45,377 nt of DNA, taken from NCBI GenBank assembly GCA_016935235.1, contig JAFGRJ010000124.1, positions 1-45,377 of the forward strand, in the 5' to 3' direction. This stretch comes from Candidatus Cloacimonadota bacterium. Its GTDB lineage: Bacteria; Cloacimonadota; Cloacimonadia; Cloacimonadales; TCS61. Made by a program: the position numbers and the translations under genes. The notes under the pieces are model-generated. The model was not told the DNA's origin. It ran no database searches and was given only the letters and a program-made list of their open reading frames with translations. Of the stretch, positions 36,099-45,377 are shown piece after piece. Numbering within the stretch: position 1 is the first letter of the stretch; the number at the start of each line of letters is the position of its first letter.

Positions 36099-37880
36099 TT
36101 AAATATCGAAGAACATGCTCCGATTGTCTTCTATATTTGCTTCTTTTCTGAGTTCTTGATACCATTCTGAAAAATGCTTATTCTCAGCCTCAGCCTGGGC
36201 ATCTTCCTTGAGCTTCTCCTTGTCACGTTCAAAAACCTCCATATCGGGTTCATACCTTTTCAGCACATAAGCTATGTACGATCCGCGTTCGCCTTCGATG
36301 AGGTCAGTGAATTCCCCGGCATTTTTACTGAGAATGGCTTCATTGAGAGCGGTCTCGTTTCGGATCTTGCCAATGAGAGCATCTTTGGTGATGTTTTCAC
36401 CTTCTACAGTCTCCCAACCTTCTTTGATAGCCTGCATTAAATACATGTTGGGATCGTAAGAGGCATGAAATTCACGAGCTTTTTCCTGAACAGCAGCCAG
36501 CTGCCGTTCGCTTTCAATTTTGCGCTTTATGTTTGTCTTGGCTTCTTCGATATCCTGATAATGTACTCCCAGTTTCTCGGAGATCTCAGCAACCAGATAG
36601 TCTCCCTGCTCCAGTTTCACCGGTTCATGCAGCGTACCTACTTTCTTCTTGAAGGCAAAATCAACCATCTCTTCCTGTTTTCCTATACCGCTGATGAATT
36701 TCGATTCCTGGGTAAACTCTCTTGATTCTGCAACCTCGTAATTATATTCAACTGCTGCAGAGTCCAGTCCCACCTCCTGAGCCCGTGTGTAAAAATCTTC
36801 CTGGATAATTTCCAGATTGGCTTCTGTCTCGGCGGAAATTACAGGTTTGATCAGGATATGGCTTGCTTTGACTTCCTCCTCACCCTTATCATTTTTTCTG
36901 CGGTCAAATAACTTGATTATATGCCAGCCAAACTGGGTAAGAACTGGTTCGGATATCTCTCCGGTGCGCAAGGCGAACACGGCTTCTTCAAATTCAGGTA
37001 CCATCCTACCCCTGGTGAAATAACCCAGATCACCTCCCTGCGGAGCACTGGGACCCTCCGAATACTCCATGGCTGCCTCGGCAAAATCCATGCCGCCTGT
37101 AACAATATTGTATACCGAATCAGCCCTCACCTTCGCCAGGTTTTTATCAGCTTCACTGGGTGCCAGCGGTATTCTTACGTATTTGTACTTGCACATGGGA
37201 TCCCTCTTGAACTCTTCCTTATTCTCCTCGTAATACTGCTGCATGTCTTCATCGGTGATTTCGATGTCGGTGATCTTTTTGGGATCGAAAAAGATAACCT
37301 TGACATCGGCTTTATTGTTCTTATCTATATATTGCTGTTTTACATCTTCATCGGTCAGAGCGACCTCAGCTTTGATGGTCTCGAAAAGAATCTCGTAAGG
37401 CAGATTGCCCCGGAGACGGTTCTCCATATAAGCAGCAAAATTAGGATTCTCGATCAGCATATCCTGATATTTATCATAATCGAACTTGCCATTGGTCTGA
37501 AATTCTTCGATACTTTTTATATCTTCGGGAGGATCTTTCAACTTTTCCAGAACCTTCTGATCGGTCACCCTGATATGCAGTCTCTTTATTTCCTGATTAT
37601 ATATGATGCTGGCAACCAGATTGTTCCAGGTTTCGTTGTTTATCTGCTTGAGAATGGTCTCATCGATCTCTGTTTCAGGATTCTCCTGAGCATAACGGGC
37701 ATAGGCATTTTTCAGATAATTAGAGTATTCCTCGTACTCTATCTTCTTGCCGGCAATTCGCCCCACATATGGCTTGTTGATGAATATGCTGGTTATTCCT
37801 CCAATAGCCATTGATAAAATAAAAACAGCAGCTACAATGAATATGACCAGCTTGGCTTTTTTCCTCATTCCTTCCAGCAT
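36099..37880 (-). CDS. PpiD-like peptidyl-prolyl isomerase (SurA N-terminal domain plus parvulin domain)
   Basis: ML..MR followed by a TM helix. F.E.A.EYS, GGDLGYF, MVPEFE, T.FGWHIIK, ASHILI. Start at ATG 37880. Confidence 0.9.
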   Translation of the reverse strand: MLEGMRKKAKLVIFIVAAVFILSMAIGGITSIFINKPYVGRIAGKKIEYEEYSNYLKNAYARYAQENPETEIDETILKQINNETWNNLVASIIYNQEIKRLHIRVTDQKVLEKLKDPPEDIKSIEEFQTNGKFDYDKYQDMLIENPNFAAYMENRLRGNLPYEILFETIKAEVALTDEDVKQQYIDKNNKADVKVIFFDPKKITDIEITDEDMQQYYEENKEEFKRDPMCKYKYVRIPLAPSEADKNLAKVRADSVYNIVTGGMDFAEAAMEYSEGPSAPQGGDLGYFTRGRMVPEFEEAVFALRTGEISEPVLTQFGWHIIKLFDRRKNDKGEEEVKASHILIKPVISAETEANLEIIQEDFYTRAQEVGLDSAAVEYNYEVAESREFTQESKFISGIGKQEEMVDFAFKKKVGTLHEPVKLEQGDYLVAEISEKLGVHYQDIEEAKTNIKRKIESERQLAAVQEKAREFHASYDPNMYLMQAIKEGWETVEGENITKDALIGKIRNETALNEAILSKNAGEFTDLIEGERGSYIAYVLKRYEPDMEVFERDKEKLKEDAQAEAENKHFSEWYQELRKEANIEDNRSMFFDI

Positions 37881-38032
37881 ATCTTTTCCTCCATTATTAT
37901 GCATGTTCCTGTGAATGGTGCAATAACTGTAATAACTGTTTTTTCTTCAAGTTTTTTTTTACAGGATACCTGCAGAGTGAATGGAATCATTGAGAAATCT
38001 TTAGAAAATAATTATTTAGTATATTTTCCAGC

Positions 38033-38060
38033 TTGACAATAAAATATGGTTGTAAACTTT
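38033..38060 (+). promoter_or_regulatory. Putative rpsU promoter (TTGACA ... TGTAAACT)
   Basis: TTGACA at 38033-38038 with TAAACT only 14 nt downstream. Confidence 0.45.
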
Positions 38061-38093
38061 GACCTGATATAGAAAAAAAGGGGGTGAGACTTA

Positions 38094-38306
38094 GTGCCCA
38101 AGGTCGTATCGAGAGATAATGAACCTTTTCAGGTTCTGCTGCGAAGGTTTAAGAAATCCTGTGAAAAATCGGGTCTCCTTTCTGACATCAAGAAGAATAA
38201 CTATTATGAGAAACCCAGCGTGGTCCGCCGCAAAAAGCTTAAGGATGCCCGCAGAAAAGCCCTTAAGCTGCAGCGGAAAATCAATCGCATGAACAAGAGT
38301 ATCTGA
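38094..38306 (+). CDS. rpsU: 30S ribosomal protein S21
   Basis: LRRFKK..EK.G, YEKPS..R. GTG start after GGGGTG. Confidence 0.96.
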   Translation: MPKVVSRDNEPFQVLLRRFKKSCEKSGLLSDIKKNNYYEKPSVVRRKKLKDARRKALKLQRKINRMNKSI

Positions 38307-38307
38307 G

Positions 38308-38748
38308 ATGATAGACAAGATTTCTCAGAATATTACCACAGCCCTGCGTCAGGGTGAAAAAGAACGGCTTCTGGTTCTGCGTTCGCTGAAAACTGCGCTC
38401 AGAAACAAGGAAATTGAACTGATGCGTAAACTCAGCAATGAAGAAAGTATTATTGTTCTGCAGAGCCAGGTCAAAAGCCGGCAGCAAGCACAGGAATTAT
38501 ATATTCAGGGACAGAGGAAAGACCTGGCAGACAGGGAACAGGCAGAAATCGAAATCATCATGACCTATCTCCCCCAACCACTTTCAGAAACTGAGATGGA
38601 ACAGGAAGTGGAGGCAGCCATGACCGCACTGGCTGCACACTCAATGAAGGATATGGGTTCACTTATGAGACATCTCAAGGAAAAACTTGGCAGCAGGGCG
38701 AACGGAACTGTTTTGAGCTCAATCGTGAAAAAAAAACTCACATCCTGA
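38308..38748 (+). CDS. GatB/YqeY domain protein
   Basis: LR.LK, R.DLA..E..E..I...YLPQPLS, MKDMG.LM. Confidence 0.93.
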   Translation: MIDKISQNITTALRQGEKERLLVLRSLKTALRNKEIELMRKLSNEESIIVLQSQVKSRQQAQELYIQGQRKDLADREQAEIEIIMTYLPQPLSETEMEQEVEAAMTALAAHSMKDMGSLMRHLKEKLGSRANGTVLSSIVKKKLTS

Positions 38749-38772
38749 GAAGTATCTGTTTTTTAATATTCT

Positions 38773-38799
38773 GGGGAGATGTCATGTCTCCCCTTTTTT
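38773..38799 (+). terminator. Rho-independent terminator after yqeY
   Basis: GGGGAGA-TGTCATG-TCTCCCC followed by T6. Confidence 0.85.
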
Positions 38800-38826
38800 C
38801 TCTTAAAAATAAGGAGAGGCTGAATT

Positions 38827-39384
38827 ATGAATGTTCTTGATATTATCTTTGGAGTAATTTTATTGCTGTTTCTTCTGAACGGGATCAGAAAAGGCCTTGT
38901 TTCCAGCCTGATTCATCTGCTGGGGCTTGTCCTGGCTGTAGTCCTCATCAGTAAGACAGGTCACCTGGTCAAAGCTGGCCTGATGGACAAATTCAACATG
39001 AGTGAGATTCTGGCGGTAATCATTGCCTATGTGCTGATATTCCTTGTTATAATGATCATCACCCGTATTGCGATCAAGCTGGTTAACCGCATGGTCCAGT
39101 TCCTTAACCTGATGTGGCTCAATCGCCTTCTGGGAGGTATTTTCAGTCTGTTCTGCGGTGTCCTTATTATTGCCATCCTGATAATACTGGCTAATATCTC
39201 CCCCTTTGAAAAGGAGATCAGGGAATTTACCTCGGCATCATACATTATCAGCACTATTCGCACAACAACGGAAAAACTGGAAAGCCGCTATCAGAAAATC
39301 GAAGAGATCAAGAAACCGATTAAAGACACCATTACCGACACCATAGAAAAAGAACAGGAAAAGTTAGAAAACCTGATTGATTGA
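38827..39384 (+). CDS. cvpA: CvpA family membrane protein
   Basis: MNVLDII, G.RKG, LNRLLGGIF and 4 TM segments. AAGGAG RBS. Confidence 0.9.
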   Translation: MNVLDIIFGVILLLFLLNGIRKGLVSSLIHLLGLVLAVVLISKTGHLVKAGLMDKFNMSEILAVIIAYVLIFLVIMIITRIAIKLVNRMVQFLNLMWLNRLLGGIFSLFCGVLIIAILIILANISPFEKEIREFTSASYIISTIRTTTEKLESRYQKIEEIKKPIKDTITDTIEKEQEKLENLID

Positions 39385-39394
39385 GTCTTCCCTT

Positions 39395-41740
39395 ATGTCC
39401 TCTTTAGAGCAACTGGAATTTGATAAGGTCAGAATGCTCATTGCCCGGCAATGTCATTCCGATCTGGGGCAGAAACTGTGTTATGAGTTATACCCTCTGC
39501 AGAACAGAAACATAATTGAAGAAAGGCTGTTGCTGATATCCCAGGCTCAGGCAATGCTGAAGCGGGGAGTAAGTTTCGATCTCAGTTCCCTGACCGACCT
39601 GAGGATACTGTTCGAGGAGACCAGACATGCAACTTTTAATTATCCCGAGTTCAAGAAAATCTACAGTAATGTCAGACTTCTCAATATAATACACGACAGC
39701 AGGGAGAGCTTCACCGATTTTCCGGAACTGCAGGCGCTCCTTCAGGAAACGATTCCTGATCCTGCTTTGCAGAAGAGATTCGAAGAAATTTTCGATCCCG
39801 ATGGCAACGTCCGTGACACGGCTTCCCCCGAGCTGCGCATTATCCGCGATCGCAGGAACGGTTTGCGCATACAGGTCACTACCATCATGAACCGCAAATT
39901 GGAGGAATTTACCGCTTCAAATTTTCTACATGACCAGATTATTACCGAGAGAAACGGCAGGTATGTCATTCCCTTGAAAGAGGGTGCTTCCACTTTTGCT
40001 GCTGGTATCGTTCACGGTCGTTCCTCCAGCCGCTCCTCTGTTTATATCGAACCGGCTGAGACAGTGCCCCTGAACAATGACATCGAATTGCTGGATGGTG
40101 AGGAGAAGGAAGAGATCTACCGCATCTGCAAAGAATATACCACCAGATTACGTCTTAACAGAGATCAGATCCTGAAGAATTCTTCGGTCCTGCAACACCT
40201 GGATTTTCTTTTCGCTTCCGCCAGGTTTGCACTGCACAGTGTGGCTGTGAAACCACAGATCGTGGAAGAAATGATAGTAGAATTGCAGGAAGCGCGTCAC
40301 CCACTGCTGATAGATCATTTTCAGAATATGGACAGGGTGATTCCCTTTTCCCTTTCCCTGGGTAAAGACCATCGTATTCTGCTGATATCTGGACCCAATA
40401 CTGGCGGGAAAACCGTTACCCTGAAAAGTGTGGGACTGCTGGTTATAATGGCTCTGTCTGGCCTGCCTATCCCGGCAGGGGAGAATTCCAGAATCGGGAT
40501 GATCAATAATATCTATGCCGATATTGGTGATAATCAGTCGCTGGAGAGTTCCCTCAGCACTTTTTCATCTCATATGGGGAATATCAGGGAAATGCTGGAG
40601 CGTGGTGATGAGAATACTCTGGTACTCATCGACGAAATCGGAGCGGCCACCGATCCCGAACAGGGCTCTGCCCTGGCACAGGCTATTCTGGAGAAACTCA
40701 CCGTACTGGGGGTGCTGGGAATTATAACCACCCATTATACAGCTCTCAAGATCTTTGCCGAAAATCATCCAGCCCTCGTAAATGCTGCCATGCAGTTCGA
40801 CCCGCAGAAACTTACTCCAACCTACCAGTTTAAAATGGGTTTACCCGGTGACAGCTTTGCCATCGAGGTTGCAGCCGAGCTTGGCCTGGAAGCAGAATTG
40901 ATCGCCAGGGCAAAAATCCTGGCTGGCAGGCAGAATGTCGAGTTGACCGAAATTCTGCGGAAGATGGCACAGGAAAAGAACGAACTTGCCAGGCAGAATT
41001 ACCAGTATAAATTAAAAGTCAGTTTGCTTGATATGAAAATATCCGAACATGACCGCAAACTTGCTGATCTTGATTCGGAAAGCAAAAATATCAGAAAGAA
41101 ATCGGTGCAGGAAGCACGGGATTTTCTCACCAATCTGCAGAAAGAATTCAATGAAGAGCTCAGAAATCTGCGCAAGATAGACCGCGCCAGTAAAAAAGAG
41201 CTGCTGGAAAAAAGCCTGCATAAAGCTGTGAACAAGAACCTTGAATTGCAGGACTTTCAGAAAGAGCTCAGTGATTCCGGCAGAAAAAAGCTGGTCGCAT
41301 GTATGCCGGGAATGAAAGTGTGGATAGCGGATTTTGAAGCTGAGGGAGAAGTGGTCGAAGTGAAGGGTGACCAGATCAAAATTGCCATTAACGGTCTTTA
41401 TTATACAACAGAACTTGATAATCTCTATGAAGCTGCCCCCGGCGCTGAGAATAAGGATCTCCGAGCCCAGAGGCTGCCCCGTCCTGCTCCCCTGGCGAAA
41501 TTCGAGATCAAACTTCTGGGATATCGCTTCGAGGAAGCACTACCGGAACTTGACACTTTCATCGACCAGGCGTATCTGGGTGGACTGGACATGATCAGGA
41601 TCGTACACGGGAAAGGCACAGGAGCTCTCAGGAATAAGATCAGAAAGTACCTGCGTACTCACAATCTGGTCAGAGAATTCTATTCCCCTGCTCCCACTGC
41701 CGGGGGTGAAGGCGTGACGATCGCTGTCTTCAAGGAATGA
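39395..41740 (+). CDS. mutS2: MutS2 with C-terminal KOW-like and Smr domains
   Basis: LEFDKV, ARHPL, GPNTGGKTV, DIGD.QS...LSTFSSH, DEIG..TDP, TTHY, coiled coil, IVHGKGTGALR, GGEGVT. Alternative TTG start at 39377. Confidence 0.96.
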   Translation: MSSLEQLEFDKVRMLIARQCHSDLGQKLCYELYPLQNRNIIEERLLLISQAQAMLKRGVSFDLSSLTDLRILFEETRHATFNYPEFKKIYSNVRLLNIIHDSRESFTDFPELQALLQETIPDPALQKRFEEIFDPDGNVRDTASPELRIIRDRRNGLRIQVTTIMNRKLEEFTASNFLHDQIITERNGRYVIPLKEGASTFAAGIVHGRSSSRSSVYIEPAETVPLNNDIELLDGEEKEEIYRICKEYTTRLRLNRDQILKNSSVLQHLDFLFASARFALHSVAVKPQIVEEMIVELQEARHPLLIDHFQNMDRVIPFSLSLGKDHRILLISGPNTGGKTVTLKSVGLLVIMALSGLPIPAGENSRIGMINNIYADIGDNQSLESSLSTFSSHMGNIREMLERGDENTLVLIDEIGAATDPEQGSALAQAILEKLTVLGVLGIITTHYTALKIFAENHPALVNAAMQFDPQKLTPTYQFKMGLPGDSFAIEVAAELGLEAELIARAKILAGRQNVELTEILRKMAQEKNELARQNYQYKLKVSLLDMKISEHDRKLADLDSESKNIRKKSVQEARDFLTNLQKEFNEELRNLRKIDRASKKELLEKSLHKAVNKNLELQDFQKELSDSGRKKLVACMPGMKVWIADFEAEGEVVEVKGDQIKIAINGLYYTTELDNLYEAAPGAENKDLRAQRLPRPAPLAKFEIKLLGYRFEEALPELDTFIDQAYLGGLDMIRIVHGKGTGALRNKIRKYLRTHNLVREFYSPAPTAGGEGVTIAVFKE

Positions 41741-41748
41741 TCATTCTC

Positions 41749-43458
41749 ATGGAACAGGATAAGATAGACCGTATTCTTGAACTCACTAACATAGTGGATG
41801 TAATCAGCAGTTATTTCCCGCTGAAAAAAGCTGGCACCAATTTCAAGGCGCTTTGTCCTTTCCATCAGGAAAAAACGCCATCCTTTCTGGTCAGTGAAAA
41901 AAAGCAGATATACAAGTGTTTCGGTTGTGGCAAAGCCGGTAATGCCGTATCCTTCATCATGGACTACGAGAAAATATCCTTCCTGGAAGCCATGAAAAAA
42001 CTGGCTTCCCGGGTAGGTATCAACATTGAGACAACGGAAGCTGCAGCGAAAAAACATAGCCGGCGCGATCTTATTTATAAGATCTATGAGCTGGCCTGCG
42101 CTTACTACAGACAGAATCTAGAGGAACACGGAGCAGGTGCCTGGAGATATCTGGAAGCGAGAAATATCAGCCGGGAAACCGTGGACAGCCTCCAGATAGG
42201 CCTGGCTCTGAACTCCTTTTCGGGTCTGAAAAACTATCTTCTGCAAAATCACATTAACGAGCAAATCCTGCCCCGTACCGGTCTTTTCTCCAGCGGTGAG
42301 AAGGGTCTGTTCGATACTTTCCGGGATCGGATAATTTTTCCCATTCATTCCGTTACCGGTAAGGTGGTCGCTTTTGGAGGACGAGTCCTGCGGGATGACC
42401 AGCCCGGAGGTAAATATATAAATTCTCCTACAACGGAGATCTATACCAAGGGTAACGAGCTCTACGGATTGTTCCGTACCCGCTTCGAAATATCCCGGCA
42501 GGACAGTGCCATTATCTGTGAGGGATACACCGACTTCCTGAGATTGTACGAGAAGGGCTTTGCCAATACCGTTGCCTCGTTGGGCACCTCATTGACCACT
42601 ACCCAGATCCACCTCCTGGCCCGTTATACCAGCAATGTGTTCCTGCTTTATGACGGAGATCCTGCCGGTATCAACGCAGCTGTGAAAGCTGCTGGAAATC
42701 TGATCAAAGCAGGTATCGCAGCCCGGATCATTTCTCTACCCCCGGAAGACGATCCCGATAGTTTCCTGCTGAAACAGGATCCGGAAAAATTGAGAAATTT
42801 GTTGCAGCAGGCGAAACCTCTGACTGAGTTCCTGGATAAGGATAACCGTACCGGTCTTGATGTAAAAGGTAAGTTGGATCTTCTGGTAGAGATCATCAAT
42901 GAGATCGGGGATGAAATTGGTCGTGAACTTTTTGTCAAGGAAGTGGCGGAGGTCTTCCGGATCTCGGAAAGAGCGCTTTTTTCAAGGATAAAAATTCCCT
43001 ATGTAACCGGCAGGAACAAACCTGCCGAGAGTAAATTGCATAAGTTCCGGGAAGAAAGAGAATTATTGAAACATGTTCTCAATAACAGAGAATACTTTAA
43101 AAAAGTTGCCAAAGAGCTCAATCCGGATTATTTTTTATTCAAAATTTATAAGGATATCTACGAAATATTGATAAAATATCCTGAGAAGATCAACCAGGCT
43201 GGTGCTATGCTTGAATATGCCACAGAAGAGACAACCCGTAATCTGCTTGCTGAACTGCTCATTGAAGATGTTCATGAATACGATTTCATGCAAGCTCTCC
43301 AGGCTGTCAAATTAAGAAAATATCAGAAAGATCTCCAGGTAGTAACTGAACAACTGCGCAGTGATCCCTCCAATAAGGAATTACTCGATAATAAAAATGA
43401 ATTGAAACGTCTTATCCTCACCCTGGATAAGAAAGTCGTCCGTAAGACCCTATATTAA
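41749..43458 (+). CDS. dnaG: DNA primase
   Basis: CPFHQEKTPSF...CFGC zinc domain, FRDRIIFP, AFGGR, KYINSP, EGYTD, SLGT, YDGD.AG, DPD. Alternative start at 41737. Confidence 0.98.
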   Translation: MEQDKIDRILELTNIVDVISSYFPLKKAGTNFKALCPFHQEKTPSFLVSEKKQIYKCFGCGKAGNAVSFIMDYEKISFLEAMKKLASRVGINIETTEAAAKKHSRRDLIYKIYELACAYYRQNLEEHGAGAWRYLEARNISRETVDSLQIGLALNSFSGLKNYLLQNHINEQILPRTGLFSSGEKGLFDTFRDRIIFPIHSVTGKVVAFGGRVLRDDQPGGKYINSPTTEIYTKGNELYGLFRTRFEISRQDSAIICEGYTDFLRLYEKGFANTVASLGTSLTTTQIHLLARYTSNVFLLYDGDPAGINAAVKAAGNLIKAGIAARIISLPPEDDPDSFLLKQDPEKLRNLLQQAKPLTEFLDKDNRTGLDVKGKLDLLVEIINEIGDEIGRELFVKEVAEVFRISERALFSRIKIPYVTGRNKPAESKLHKFREERELLKHVLNNREYFKKVAKELNPDYFLFKIYKDIYEILIKYPEKINQAGAMLEYATEETTRNLLAELLIEDVHEYDFMQALQAVKLRKYQKDLQVVTEQLRSDPSNKELLDNKNELKRLILTLDKKVVRKTLY

Positions 43459-43467
43459 GGAGTATGG

Positions 43468-45210
<1,743 letters not shown>

Positions 45211-45235
45211 TGTAATGACCGATGACAAATTATGC

Positions 45236-45262
45236 TTGACATTAAGTCACTGTAGTTAGTTT
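45236..45262 (+). promoter_or_regulatory. Putative tRNA promoter TTGACA-N15-TAGTTT
   Basis: Perfect -35 at 45236-45241 upstream of the tRNA. Confidence 0.45.
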
Positions 45263-45300
45263 TTTACCACTGCTTTAAGTAAAAAAATACATAAATTTCC

Positions 45301-45376
45301 GGGCCTATAGCTCAGTTGGTAGAGCTTCCGGCTCATAACCGGACGGTCAGAGGTTCGATCCCTCTTGGGCCCACCA
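45301..45376 (+). tRNA. tRNA with CAT anticodon, most likely tRNA-Ile2 (lysidine)
   Basis: Acceptor stem GGGCCTA/TGGGCCC, D-arm GCTC/GAGC, anticodon arm TCCGG-CTCATAA-CCGGA, T-arm AGAGG-TTCGATC-CCTCT and an encoded CCA. G1-C72 is paired (so not the initiator), and C4-G69 and C5-G68 match Ile2. Confidence 0.93.
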
Positions 45377-45377
45377 A

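Noticed and set aside
36921-37814. 297-aa plus-strand ORF
   Set aside because: Antisense shadow of the PpiD-like gene. Its F/L/I richness reflects reverse-complemented Lys/Glu/Asp codons.
45301-45376. Initiator tRNA-fMet, or an integration site at the tRNA
   Set aside because: The 1-72 pair is matched and the anticodon stem lacks the GGG/CCC run. The window ends at the tRNA, so no att duplication or integrase can be assessed.

Overview
A gene-dense (about 44 CDS plus 1 tRNA) chromosomal segment of an anaerobic diderm bacterium. Cloacimonadota is the best guess, inferred from a FlgD/T9SS-like C-terminal domain protein, the Rnf complex, a fused FTCD and overall gene style; this is not proven. 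I see no mobile element, CRISPR array or rRNA. Core content: an ispD-glmS-ispF-U32 run, a REC-PAS-PAS-HD-GYP protein, ftcd, guaD, rpmE-DUF1385-prfA, rnfCDGEAB, an amidase, rpsT, ftsY, a PpiD-like chaperone, and rpsU-yqeY-cvpA-mutS2-dnaG-rpoD followed by tRNA-Ile2(CAU). Four items deserve the closest look. (1) A 905-aa GlmS-like enzyme has its catalytic Cys behind a 21-aa propeptide and carries two large non-intein insertions. (2) An uncharacterised metallocluster operon (DUF134, DUF5320, orphan, two ferredoxin-inserted MinD ATPases, two NifB/NifX proteins) has a palindromic operator in its promoter and a radical SAM and CMD protein next to it. (3) A six-gene run begins with a secreted-domain/TM/cytoplasmic-HTH protein and includes a PrsW protease and redox proteins. 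(4) Perfect TTGACA boxes recur without a canonical -10 at the usual spacing.
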